Origin: an uncultured Pseudomonadota bacterium
Lineage (GTDB): Bacteria > Bdellovibrionota_B > Oligoflexia > Oligoflexales > CAIYRB01
Assembly: GCA_903915625.1 (NCBI GenBank)
Contig: CAIWTN010000088.1
Location: forward strand, 17,938-81,937
Reading direction: 5' to 3'
Length of the DNA stretch: 64,000 nt
Shown here: one piece after another, positions 20,328 through 29,423 of the stretch
Layout of the letters: every line of letters starts with the position of its first letter
Position numbering within the stretch: the stretch's first letter is position 1
Notes under the pieces: generated by a model
What the model was told of the DNA's origin: nothing
Databases searched by the model: none
Seen by the model: the letters and a program-made list of their open reading frames with translations, nothing else
Position numbers and translations under genes: made by a program

Positions 20328-20648
20328 GAAAGTATTGCTACAGCCAACTTAGCTAAACCTAGTCGGATAGATCTAATTCCAACATCATCCCACCATTAAG
20401 TTCGGAATGCAATCCCCGGCGGGGCTGATAACTATTCAAATTCAATATGGTTATTGAGCTAAGCAAAAACACTCGCTACGTTTGCCGGCGGTGTTTCCGA
20501 TGGCGTTAACGCTTCTGCCATGGTACTTCCTCCCATTAGCCCTACCGATCGTGGTAGTGCTCAGGCGCTTAAGACCTCATTGGTCCTGAGCCTCTGTTGA
20601 GAGATCAGAGCATAGGTAACTGTGCCAGTTTGCAAGGAAAAAGTGAGT

Positions 20649-20966
20649 ATGACCAGGAAGTTATTTGTGGGCGGACTGAGCTGGAACACCAACGATGACG
20701 GTTTGCGTCAGGCGTTTTCAAGTTTCGGCGACATCGACGAAGCCAAGGTGATCTTGGATCGTGAAACAGGCCGTTCACGTGGTTTCGGCTTCGTGACGTT
20801 CCTTGACGCAACGTCCGCTCGCAGCGCCATCGAAGAGATGAACGGTGCGACAGTTGATGGCCGAAACATCAAAGTAAACGAAGCAGAAGAACGCCAGCGC
20901 ACAGGCGGCGGCGGCGGTGACCGTGGCGGTTCCAGCCGTGGTAGCTTTGATGGCAACCGCTGGTAA
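20649..20966 (+). CDS. RRM-type RNA-binding protein with Gly/Arg-rich tail
   Basis: RNP2 KLFVGGL and RNP1 RGFGFVTF motifs, with C-terminal GGGGGDRGGSSRG. I chose ATG 20649. Confidence 0.9.
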   Translation: MTRKLFVGGLSWNTNDDGLRQAFSSFGDIDEAKVILDRETGRSRGFGFVTFLDATSARSAIEEMNGATVDGRNIKVNEAEERQRTGGGGGDRGGSSRGSFDGNRW

Positions 20967-20998
20967 TCTCCAGCCAATGCTAGATTGCTAAAGCAATG

Positions 20999-21035
20999 AA
21001 GCCACTCAGGAGAGACTGGGTGGCTTTTTTATTTT
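20999..21035 (+). terminator. Rho-independent terminator
   Basis: Stem GCCACTCAG / CTGGGTGGC (one G-U pair), 6-nt loop, followed by TTTTTTATTTT. Confidence 0.8.
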
Positions 21036-21080
21036 AAAGTTCAGCCTGTCAAAGCGCCGTAACAATACTGAGAGTTTTTT

Positions 21081-21515
21081 ATGCCGACATTGATCCATCG
21101 CCGTGTCGAGGCAGCTCGTTGCGGCAAGCACCCAAGCCTCGTGGCTCGTCTACCCTCGGGATGGGTGGTACTAGGCGACAAGCAAGTACTCAAAGGCTAC
21201 TGCCTATTGCTCCCCGATCCAGTCGTGCCACATTTGAACGCCCTTTCGGGAGCTGATAGGCTGCAGTTCCTTGGGGACATGGCAAAACTAGGCGACGCGA
21301 TCCTGCGCGTGACAGGTGCCGTGCGCATCAACTATGAAATGTTAGGCAATTTAGAGCCAGCACTGCACGCGCACGTTGTGCCGCGCCACTTTAATGAGCC
21401 AGCGGAGTTGGCTACGAGACCGTTTTGGTTTTATGACTGGGATCAGGCTCCAGATTTTGATCCTAAATCCGACGCTGCTTTAATCGAGAGTCTACGACAG
21501 GAGTTAGCCCGATGA
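21081..21515 (+). CDS. HIT-family (histidine triad-like) hydrolase
   Basis: Size and the C-terminal motif ALHAHVVPRH (degenerate HxHxHxx). Confidence 0.65.
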   Translation: MPTLIHRRVEAARCGKHPSLVARLPSGWVVLGDKQVLKGYCLLLPDPVVPHLNALSGADRLQFLGDMAKLGDAILRVTGAVRINYEMLGNLEPALHAHVVPRHFNEPAELATRPFWFYDWDQAPDFDPKSDAALIESLRQELAR

Positions 21516-22438
21516 GACAGGTTGGCGACATCTTCGGTAAAAGGCGAGCAGATAGGTTCATCAAGTTCCTCGTAGCGCAAGGCATCGATGCTGAGTCGCG
21601 GGAAGATGGAGAGGACCACTTTAGCCTTTGGGTCATCAATGAAGATCAGATGTCTATAGCAGACGAGCACTACCGAGCATTTAAATCGGCACCAGAGGCG
21701 CCAGCATTTGATACTAAAGACACATCATCAATTAGTCCAAACTCAAAAAACGGCAAACTGCACGGAGCTACACGCGCTCCAAGAGGCCTAGAGCGAGGTC
21801 GATACATTGATGTGCGTAATGAGATTTTCGCGCGCAAGCAATACAGGAAAAATCCAGTCACTATAACGATCATTGCGATCTCCGTGATCGCAACTTTGGC
21901 CAGCGGCATTCCAAGCCTTGCCAGCTTCGTGCGCTCACTCTATTTCTCCGAATATTTAGGACATGATTTTCCCGAAATCTTGCACGGACAATTATGGCGC
22001 CTATTTACACCCATATTCATACACGGTGGCGTGTGGCACCTACTTTTTAACATGATGTGGATTTATCAGCTCGGTGGAGCCATGGAAACCGAAGAAGGGT
22101 CCCTTTATCTTGCCCTATTTACCGCTGTGATTGCAGCTGCAGTAAATTGCGCCGAATACCTGGTAAGTGGGCCATTGTTCATCGGGATGTCAGGGGTGGT
22201 CTATGCCATGCTAGGCTACATTTGGATCATGAGCCGACACCAGATCGGTTCACGTTACGAACTTGGGCAGGGAACAGCCCTAATTATGGTGGCTTGGTTG
22301 GTTCTTTGTTTAGTCGGAATCATACCAGGAGTAGCCAACACCCAGCACGTCGGAGGCTTACTCCTAGGTGGTCTGTGGGGCATTTACCGCTCCCGATATT
22401 TTTCAACTTGGTTGCGTCAGCAGCGGCGGCGTCGATAA
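21512..22438 (+). CDS. Rhomboid intramembrane serine protease, GlpG-like with cytoplasmic N-domain
   Basis: GMSGVVYAMLGY (catalytic Ser), HVGGLLLGGLWG (catalytic His) and WRLFTPIFIHGG. The N-domain resembles that of GlpG. ATGA overlap with the HIT gene. Confidence 0.85.
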   Translation: MRQVGDIFGKRRADRFIKFLVAQGIDAESREDGEDHFSLWVINEDQMSIADEHYRAFKSAPEAPAFDTKDTSSISPNSKNGKLHGATRAPRGLERGRYIDVRNEIFARKQYRKNPVTITIIAISVIATLASGIPSLASFVRSLYFSEYLGHDFPEILHGQLWRLFTPIFIHGGVWHLLFNMMWIYQLGGAMETEEGSLYLALFTAVIAAAVNCAEYLVSGPLFIGMSGVVYAMLGYIWIMSRHQIGSRYELGQGTALIMVAWLVLCLVGIIPGVANTQHVGGLLLGGLWGIYRSRYFSTWLRQQRRRR

Positions 22439-22470
22439 ACAGCGAACCATGCTTTCGCACCCAACATCAA

Positions 22471-23346
22471 TTAGACAAGGCGGCGACCTCGTACCTTATA
22501 AGTCAAATGGTAGCTCAACCAACCCAGGTGAGGCTCCTTTGCCAAACCAAACTTGTGCGGCATCATAAATGCCTCTCGATTAGTTTGCCTACCATGCTCC
22601 TTGGCACAACTACTCAGAGTTGAAGCGATACATTCACGCCCCAGAATTGAAGCGACATACTGATCAGTTTGCGCCTGCGCCGAGCGACTGAACCAGCGAT
22701 TTAGCAATGCTGTCAATGGTATCAAAGCAAATTCAAGTCCCGCGATCACCAAATGTTCAACTCCGTCAGTTGGAGTGTCCTCATCCGCTGTCCTCAGAGA
22801 GGTCCCTAAAATCAATGCGAACATACGCGCAGGGAACAGAGTGAATGCAGCAACCATCCCCTGCAGCAGTAACTGCGTTAACGTATAGCCATTAGTAAGT
22901 TTTGCCAGACAGTAGGCTATAACCACCTCGGCTTGCTCGGGAGTAGCATGTTCCAGAAGTCCATCCGTGACAGCTAGGGTAACAACTTTCTGGTTGCGCC
23001 CTACTATGAATGCATTGATATCTGTGCCCGGAAACACGCCTAACTCCGGCATAGAACTCAGGCCGAAACGCGGACTCAAATTCGCTACCATACCAGCTAC
23101 GTCAATCCTGGCTTGGGCTGCAGTTGGCAATGGCTGCACGTTTACAGACCAACCAGCAATATCTTTGCCCAAGTACCAGGTCGAGGCGGCTCCGCAGAGT
23201 GCGACGATGACGCCCCCAATAAGCACCGCGTAAGGTCGAATCTGGAGGATCTGACTGATGCCATATTCCCTAAGCAGAATGTCGAACAATACAAAGGAAG
23301 TAGCTATCCCTAAGATTCCCAAGCAAAGTATTAAGAAGGATCGCAT
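22471..23346 (-). CDS. HtpX-like M48 homologue lacking the HExxH zinc site (predicted pseudoprotease)
   Basis: It aligns by eye with E. coli HtpX (DINAFATG... / AEAVIAHEISHIANGD / WFSRHREFHAD). Here the HEISH position reads YCLAK (22900-22914) and the downstream Glu ligand is Gln. Confidence 0.8.
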   Translation of the reverse strand: MRSFLILCLGILGIATSFVLFDILLREYGISQILQIRPYAVLIGGVIVALCGAASTWYLGKDIAGWSVNVQPLPTAAQARIDVAGMVANLSPRFGLSSMPELGVFPGTDINAFIVGRNQKVVTLAVTDGLLEHATPEQAEVVIAYCLAKLTNGYTLTQLLLQGMVAAFTLFPARMFALILGTSLRTADEDTPTDGVEHLVIAGLEFALIPLTALLNRWFSRSAQAQTDQYVASILGRECIASTLSSCAKEHGRQTNREAFMMPHKFGLAKEPHLGWLSYHLTYKVRGRRLV

Positions 23347-23361
23347 AGTGAATTTCTGCTC

Positions 23362-23670
23362 CTAATGAACGCTGTAAGTGCGTACCAAATAGTCGACAAG
23401 CGGAGTGACTTGATCATCTGGCAGCGGAGCTCCGAAGACTTTCTTCATTTTATTGACTTCAGCCTCCCAAAAAGAACGAGGCATCCCCGGTGGCTGCGTC
23501 AAGACATAGTCTGCCGAATGACAGCCCATACAGTAAGACCTAGCCAGATCGACTCCCGGACCTATCCTATACTCCACCGTCTCTTCGGGCAGCGTAATAG
23601 TCAGAGCAAAGGCAACATGGGACAGAAGGGTAGATAAAATTAACGTCGGAACTGCTAGCCCTAGCCTCAT
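23362..23670 (-). CDS. Monohaem cytochrome c, SorB-like subunit
   Basis: Signal peptide and CMGCH haem-binding motif. ATGA overlap with the upstream molybdoenzyme gene. Confidence 0.8.
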   Translation of the reverse strand: MRLGLAVPTLILSTLLSHVAFALTITLPEETVEYRIGPGVDLARSYCMGCHSADYVLTQPPGMPRSFWEAEVNKMKKVFGAPLPDDQVTPLVDYLVRTYSVH

Positions 23671-24899
23671 AATGCCACCACTCTAACGCTTTCTACGACG
23701 TTGCGGCGGTAGCCAGAGGGATTCCAAGTTTCATTTAGCGGCTGAATCTCACCACTGCGTGACGTTGCGCGCACTTTCAAATTGTGAGGTCCTGGTTTAG
23801 TAAGTCGCAGCTTTATATTCCAAGGCCTAAAAGAATAATTACCCAGATCCTCGCCCAGGTTTGCCTGCACCCAAGAACTGCCGCCATCTTGCGAGAACTG
23901 CACCTCACGAATACCAGCTCCACTATCAAAAGCTATTCCTTGCACCAAAGTGGCCTCGCCGACGCGAATCGCCGCTCCATCATCAAGGCTGGTGATAAAT
24001 GAGCGGACTACCATCTTGCCGATAGGCTTGGTAGTTTTCGCAGCAGTACCTGGCTCTACGCAGCCACAGTCATTATCAGGAATACGGTAGCCTTTGCTCA
24101 TGAAAAAGCCGTCAAATTCATGATCTATCACGTTAATCTCACTAAGATGCTTCACCCAGTAAGTCCCGTAATATCCTGGCACGACCAATCTCAATGGATA
24201 GCCGTTTAGCATGGGCAAATCAGAACCGTTCATGGCAAATGCTAGCATTACGTCCCCGTCAAAGGCCTGGTCGACAGTAAGCGCTTTGACGAATTCCGGG
24301 GTCGAAGGCAACAGCGGTGCATCTAGGCCCTTGAAGGTGATTTGCTTAGCTCCAGGTAGAACACCTGCTTTGGCCAAAACAGCCTTGAGCGATACGCCTC
24401 GCCAGCGGGCATTACCCATAGCTCCGTTACCGCTTTGTCCACCGCCTACACGCGGGACGACAAACCCACGGCTATTACCCGAGCACTGATTGACCGCAAC
24501 CAATTCGACCGTAGGAAATGCAGTCCGCAGCTCCTCCATCGATAGGCTTAATGGCTTTGACACTAGACCTTTAACGTTCAGGCGATAGCTGGTCAGATCA
24601 ATTGACAACGGAATATTTGCCAAGTGATAACGTACAAAGAAGGCATCATTCGGAGTTAATAGACCCTCGCGAAACACGGCGAAAGGTGTCTCCAGCTGGG
24701 GCGGACGGGTCGTCAATCTCATCAGTGGCCGCTTCTGCGGATATGCAACTAATGGACGCTCACCATTGGCAAAGGGAAGTGCGATCCTAGTGGCGGCCTG
24801 TGCTTTCGACAACGCCAGATCAGTGACACTCCCTGCTAAGAGTAAACCAGCTGATTGGATAAACCCTCGTCGGCCTACACTTGTCTTACCGTCATCCAT
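23667..24899 (-). CDS. Molybdopterin-dependent sulfite dehydrogenase/oxidase, SorA-like
   Basis: Tat signal (GRRGFIQSAG). Sulfite-oxidase-family blocks (FFVRYHL, VNQCSGNSRG with the Mo-ligand Cys, LRLVVPGYYG) and a C-terminal dimerisation domain. Confidence 0.85.
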   Translation of the reverse strand: MDDGKTSVGRRGFIQSAGLLLAGSVTDLALSKAQAATRIALPFANGERPLVAYPQKRPLMRLTTRPPQLETPFAVFREGLLTPNDAFFVRYHLANIPLSIDLTSYRLNVKGLVSKPLSLSMEELRTAFPTVELVAVNQCSGNSRGFVVPRVGGGQSGNGAMGNARWRGVSLKAVLAKAGVLPGAKQITFKGLDAPLLPSTPEFVKALTVDQAFDGDVMLAFAMNGSDLPMLNGYPLRLVVPGYYGTYWVKHLSEINVIDHEFDGFFMSKGYRIPDNDCGCVEPGTAAKTTKPIGKMVVRSFITSLDDGAAIRVGEATLVQGIAFDSGAGIREVQFSQDGGSSWVQANLGEDLGNYSFRPWNIKLRLTKPGPHNLKVRATSRSGEIQPLNETWNPSGYRRNVVESVRVVAL

Positions 24900-24983
24900 A
24901 GATGTCGCCCCCGCTGCAACTTATCAAGGCAACTAAAGGTAAGCCAGTTCAAGACCTCTCCGCAACCTTCGAACTGAGGCAAC

Positions 24984-25009
24984 AAAAAAGCCCTCGTTAC
25001 CGAGGGCTT
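24984..25009 (-). terminator. Rho-independent terminator downstream of desaturase 1
   Basis: On the minus strand: AAGCCCTCG-GTAA-CGAGGGCTT followed by TTTTTT. Confidence 0.8.
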
Positions 25010-25034
25010 GCTTGCTGCATTAGGGGCGCTCAAG

Positions 25035-25826
25035 TTAGGCCTTTTTGGCCTCAGCAAAGCCTACGGGGATACCTATTTCGGCTGCGGCAGTCAGTTTCTT
25101 GGACGGCAACTCAACGATGCGCAGAGCCGATAAGCAACGGATAATGACGTAGGTCGGGTCAATTTCAAACCAACGCTGGGCAAAGTTAGGGTCTGTGCCA
25201 AAGCGGTGGTGATTGTTTTGAAATAGCTCTCCGAAAGTGACAAAGTCGAAAATCAAAGTGTTACGTGATTCATCACTTACCTTAAAGTTACGGTAGCCGT
25301 ACTTGTGGCCACACCAGTTGACTATCGCACCATGCACCGGACCCATCAAAATTTGCACAGGCAGTAAGAGCCATTGCCACGGTGCAGTCGCAAAAACCGC
25401 ATAAAAAACGACATAGAACACAACCCAGGAAATGCTGGACATGCGGTTTAAGCCAATTTTGTCGAGAAGTGGCCATTCCGGAAAATGCTCTTTAGTCATC
25501 GAGCTATCAACTTCCGCGGTGCGCTCGCAAATGGCCTGATAGCGCTTCTTTGTCGCCCACATCATGGTGAAGACGTTACCGTACAACGTAGGAGTGTGGG
25601 GATCGCGCGGGGTGTCGCTATAGGCATGATGTTGACGATGTAACAAAGCGTAAGCACGAGGGTTTAAGTAGGAGGACCCTTGCGCCACATAGGTAAGGAG
25701 ATGGAAAAAGCGCTCCCAAAACTTGTTCATCTTGAACATGTGATGGGCGCCGTACCTATGCAGAAAAAAGGTCTGGCAGAAAATGGACAAAAAGTAATGA
25801 GCGATAAAAAAGTATACGATAACCAT
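25035..25826 (-). CDS. Membrane fatty-acid (acyl-CoA/acyl-lipid) desaturase, short form
   Basis: Three His boxes: HRYGAHH, HRQHH, HNNHH. Confidence 0.85.
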   Translation of the reverse strand: MVIVYFFIAHYFLSIFCQTFFLHRYGAHHMFKMNKFWERFFHLLTYVAQGSSYLNPRAYALLHRQHHAYSDTPRDPHTPTLYGNVFTMMWATKKRYQAICERTAEVDSSMTKEHFPEWPLLDKIGLNRMSSISWVVFYVVFYAVFATAPWQWLLLPVQILMGPVHGAIVNWCGHKYGYRNFKVSDESRNTLIFDFVTFGELFQNNHHRFGTDPNFAQRWFEIDPTYVIIRCLSALRIVELPSKKLTAAAEIGIPVGFAEAKKA

Positions 25827-25916
25827 AGGGATCTCCCTTAGCTAAGTCTGTTTCACAAGCCTTGCGTGGCGTTGCGTCACTATACATCTATCATCGGCAT
25901 CCCTTAGCTCTGGGCG

Positions 25917-26034
25917 TGTAAAAACAATGTAACAGGTATGTAAAAGCTCAATTTTTTGCCACAAACCACTGCATGGCCATTGGGACACCAAGCATACCAA
26001 GGCCTTACCCACACAGATTTACACTATTTTTACA
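25917..26034. promoter_or_regulatory. Phased TGTAA / TTACA repeat set in the divergent desaturase intergenic region
   Basis: TGTAA begins at 25917, 25928 and 25939 (11-bp period). The inverted copies TTTACA begin at 26018 and 26029 (11-bp period). Confidence 0.4.
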
Positions 26035-26121
26035 TAAGGCTGACTGGGACATTACAGCAACAAGCCGATAAGGAGACTACGCTCGCTACTAGAGGCGTAT
26101 TTCCGAGAACTGGAGCAGCTG

Positions 26122-27033
26122 ATGACTAATACAAAAGTGGCACGAGAAGAACCTGTACCCAAGCCACGCCTGGATTGGTTTATCGTTGCTTGGTTTGTAG
26201 CACTGCATCTGATCGCGATCATCGGACCATTCTACTTCTTCTCTTGGGGTGCACTTCTGACAGCAGTAGCGCTGTACTTCATTACAGGAATGTTCGGAAT
26301 CACCCTTGGTTACCATCGCCTCCTGACACATAGGTCCTTTAAGGCTCCCCGCTGGGTGGAGCGCACACTTGGCACGATGGGGGTCCTTGCTTTACAGCGT
26401 GGGCCGATAGAATGGGTAGCCACACATAGGATGCACCACTCCTTTGTCGACGACGAAAGAGATCCACATAACGCCAGGCGAGGTTTTTGGTGGTCGCACC
26501 TAGCCTGGATGTATGTTCCCAATCCCGATTTAAGGGACATCGTGCGTCAGCGTAAATTTGCCCGCGATATCGTCGCGGATCCTTATTTAAACTGGCTAAG
26601 CGGCGATCTGCCTCAAATCCTTGTGCAAATATCCTTAGGTTTAATTTTGTTGGCAATTGGCGGATGGAGCTATGTAATTTGGGGCATTTTTGTACGTTGT
26701 GCTTTTGTCTACCACGTGACTTGGTTCGTCAATAGTGCCTCGCATCAGTATGGATATCGTAATTTCGAAACTAAGGACCTCTCTACAAATAACTGGTGGG
26801 TCGCTCTCCTTGCCTTTGGCGAGGGCTGGCATAACAATCACCACGCCTATCCCGATGTAGCGCAGGCTGGTATTAAATGGTGGGAATTCGACTTAACATT
26901 CTTGGTGATACGATTAATGTCCAAACTAGGTCTGGCCTACGAGATAAAACTCCCTCCAAACAACTCAGACCTTCAGCCAACCGAACTTCTTGCAAAAGAA
27001 GTCGCATCAGTACCTGCTGGCTTGATGCCATAA
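26122..27033 (+). CDS. Delta-9-type acyl-CoA/acyl-lipid fatty-acid desaturase (DesC-like)
   Basis: His boxes HRLLTHRSF, HRMHH, HNNHH. RBS GGAG. Confidence 0.9.
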   Translation: MTNTKVAREEPVPKPRLDWFIVAWFVALHLIAIIGPFYFFSWGALLTAVALYFITGMFGITLGYHRLLTHRSFKAPRWVERTLGTMGVLALQRGPIEWVATHRMHHSFVDDERDPHNARRGFWWSHLAWMYVPNPDLRDIVRQRKFARDIVADPYLNWLSGDLPQILVQISLGLILLAIGGWSYVIWGIFVRCAFVYHVTWFVNSASHQYGYRNFETKDLSTNNWWVALLAFGEGWHNNHHAYPDVAQAGIKWWEFDLTFLVIRLMSKLGLAYEIKLPPNNSDLQPTELLAKEVASVPAGLMP

Positions 27034-27089
27034 TGGCATGATTAGCACCTGGCGCTGCGCACTATAGTGCAAAGTTTAATCTCGCCAAC

Positions 27090-27128
27090 AATACAAAACA
27101 AAAGCCACTGAGCATTAAGCTCAGTGGC
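27090..27128 (-). terminator. Rho-independent terminator of the small sigma54-driven gene
   Basis: Perfect 10-bp stem GCCACTGAGC / GCTCAGTGGC with a 5-nt loop, followed on the minus strand by TTTTGTTTTG. Confidence 0.7.
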
Positions 27129-27156
27129 TATGTCATCCCAATCGGGATGCTGCAGA

Positions 27157-27426
27157 TTACTTGTGGTCTGCTGGATGGCCTTCGGCTGGATGGGCTTCGC
27201 CCGCAGCAGCAGGAGCTTCAGCAGCAGCAGCTGGAGCAGCAGCAGCTGGCTCAGCAGCTGGGGTAACCCAGGTGCCGTGCTTTTTCGTACAGGCAGCTTC
27301 GTCTTTCACATGGACTTTTTTGCCAGCGACGTCGCAGTTTGGCTCTTTTTTCGCGCCTTTTGCCATAGCAACAGAGCTGGTGAGAGCGGCAAGGGAAACG
27401 CCAACGAGGATGTTACGGAATTGCAT
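27157..27426 (-). CDS. Small secreted protein (89 aa): Lys-rich two-Cys head, Ala/Pro low-complexity region, His-rich tail
   Basis: ATG 27426 with RBS TAAGGAG. Signal peptide MQFRNILVGVSLAALTSSVAMA. C-terminus EAHPAEGHPADHK. A terminator lies downstream. Confidence 0.65.
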   Translation of the reverse strand: MQFRNILVGVSLAALTSSVAMAKGAKKEPNCDVAGKKVHVKDEAACTKKHGTWVTPAAEPAAAAPAAAAEAPAAAGEAHPAEGHPADHK

Positions 27427-27488
27427 AGTAATTCTCCTTAGGGTGTTTAATCGTTGCCGATTCAGTACCGGCCACAACACTATCCTCT

Positions 27489-27506
27489 ATGCAGGATTAC
27501 GGCCAA
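27489..27506 (-). promoter_or_regulatory. Sigma54 (-24/-12) promoter
   Basis: The minus strand reads TTGGCCGTAATCCTGCAT, i.e. TGGC-N8-CTGCA with canonical GG/GC spacing (consensus TGGCAC-N5-TTGCW). It lies about 63 nt upstream of ATG 27426. Confidence 0.6.
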
Positions 27507-27580
27507 CCCAAAGCAAACCCGGGAATCCTACAACAACCTGTTTTTACTTGGTTTTGTTTTTACCAACTCGCTCAGCTTAT

Positions 27581-27616
27581 CCCAAGTTTGGGAAAATTTA
27601 GCCCCAGATTCCCAAA
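27581..27616. promoter_or_regulatory. Candidate enhancer (UAS) for the adjacent sigma54 activator
   Basis: Inverted repeat TTTGGGAA-N14-TTCCCAAA (27587-27594 / 27609-27616) plus CCCAA-GT-TTGGG (27581-27592), about 80-110 bp upstream of the -24 element. Confidence 0.4.
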
Positions 27617-27617
27617 T

Positions 27618-29423
27618 TTAAGAATAAAGAGGGAAGCTCAACACCACCTCCGAGCCCTGCGGCTTTATCCCGGCTCGCACATCACTACGCGCCCCTATCG
27701 ATACCTCGCCTCGATGTGCATCCATGATCTTCTTCACGGTACTGAGTCCAAGACCGGTACCCTTCTCTTTGGTAGTAAAAAACAAATCAAAAAGTCGACC
27801 TGTAGGTTGCGACGGTAGGCCAACGCCGTCATCCCGCAGAATCGCTTGCGCCCACAGATCAGTACTTTCAATCGTTACAATAAATGTCCCATTTTGAGAC
27901 ATGGCATCAACGGCATTTTGAATTAGGTTAACTAAGGCTTGTTTAACCCTGTCAACATCGAGTCGCAGTCGAACCGGAGCTACTGGCAATTTTAACTCAC
28001 AGCGGATTTGCTTGCCGTCGAAAACACCGCGATAAAGCTCCAATGTATTTTGCACCAGACCGCCCAAATCTATGTCCTGGCACTGCAAGTTTAATGGTCG
28101 AGCGTAATCCAAAATATCGGAAACTAAGCGGTCAAGTCGGCCAATTTCTCCACGCAAATCGCGCGTGACATGGCTTCGGACCTCGTCGCTGCTTTTCGAT
28201 AGCTCAAGGCGAGCAAGGAGTAGCGACATTGCATTCAATGGATTACGAATTTCGTGCGCTAAACTTGATGCCAATGTACCGATCGCAGCCAAACGCTCAC
28301 TCTCAAGTCGTTTGCGTTCGCTCTCTTCGAGACGCTCGATCATTCGCTCTTGGAACGCTGCTACCTTCCCTCGCATTTTATCAAATTCAGAAGCCAAAAA
28401 TGCGACTTCATCAATCCCCTGCGGGATTGTAAATGGTTGCTTGAAGTCACCAGTTGCTACTCTCTGTGCGCCCTCAACCAGAGTCATGAGGGGCCGGGTG
28501 ATAGAGCGCGTTAGGAGGTAGGTTAAAAGAATTAAGACACCAATAAGAAGTAAAGAGACAGCAACAATAACTTTGGCCGCAGACTTGATCGGCTTCACGA
28601 CCTCTACCAAATCTCGCTCGACCACCACATACCAGCGCCTATTAGGAATCTTGGATACGGTGCCAAGAACCTGACTCCCATTAAAATTCGGATACTGCCC
28701 AACCCAAAACTCCTGATTTAAGTGCTTAATCAGAGGTGTTGCGATCAGATGACTTTCGAGCAGGCGATCGATTCCTGTCTTACCAGGAGTGATGAAACGA
28801 AGCGCTGAATCGATTAGGAAGGCATCCGTATTGGGCAAGACTCCCAGTTGTTGGTCCATAACATCATAAATCCAGGACATGTTTACCTGCCCGACAAGTA
28901 CTCCTCTGGTCATCGTGCCATTATTAATCGGAGTCGAAACCAACTGGATTTTGCCTTCATCGGAGGTATAGATGTCAGAAAAATTGAACTGCCTTAGACC
29001 AGTAATGAAAAATGCCTGCTGCTTACCGGGGATGTCATACCAACTGGGATCAGTTGCACCAACGCAGACGCCATTACGGTTATAGATTGCTAGCTCTTCG
29101 AATAGCGCAAGGGATGTCAGTCTATTTTGTAAAAACTCCTCAATTTCTGAGCGATTAGGCTCCGCTTTACGCAATTCCTCAACTAAGAATCCATGGTGTT
29201 CAAGAGAGTTTAGCGTCTCTTCTATGTGATTGAGCTGCCTCTGCACCTGCCGCGACAGGTTAATGGACATAATGCGAAGTTCGTTCTCAGCATTTGACCT
29301 AATAGTCTCATCCGCAAACTTCAAACCAGTGATGCTAAACAACAGCGACACCGACACAAGAAGCAAAGCAAAGAAGGTAAAGATACGCCAGCCTATGCGA
29401 CGCAGTGGGCGTGGCCATTTCAC
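27618..29423 (-). CDS. Sensor histidine kinase (periplasmic Cache-like domain, HAMP, HisKA, HATPase_c)
   Basis: Two TM segments flank a roughly 250-aa periplasmic domain. H-box SLAHEIRNPL, N-box NLIQNAVDAM, G-box GTGLGLS. 4-nt overlap with the regulator gene. Confidence 0.9.
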   Translation of the reverse strand: MKWPRPLRRIGWRIFTFFALLLVSVSLLFSITGLKFADETIRSNAENELRIMSINLSRQVQRQLNHIEETLNSLEHHGFLVEELRKAEPNRSEIEEFLQNRLTSLALFEELAIYNRNGVCVGATDPSWYDIPGKQQAFFITGLRQFNFSDIYTSDEGKIQLVSTPINNGTMTRGVLVGQVNMSWIYDVMDQQLGVLPNTDAFLIDSALRFITPGKTGIDRLLESHLIATPLIKHLNQEFWVGQYPNFNGSQVLGTVSKIPNRRWYVVVERDLVEVVKPIKSAAKVIVAVSLLLIGVLILLTYLLTRSITRPLMTLVEGAQRVATGDFKQPFTIPQGIDEVAFLASEFDKMRGKVAAFQERMIERLEESERKRLESERLAAIGTLASSLAHEIRNPLNAMSLLLARLELSKSSDEVRSHVTRDLRGEIGRLDRLVSDILDYARPLNLQCQDIDLGGLVQNTLELYRGVFDGKQIRCELKLPVAPVRLRLDVDRVKQALVNLIQNAVDAMSQNGTFIVTIESTDLWAQAILRDDGVGLPSQPTGRLFDLFFTTKEKGTGLGLSTVKKIMDAHRGEVSIGARSDVRAGIKPQGSEVVLSFPLYS

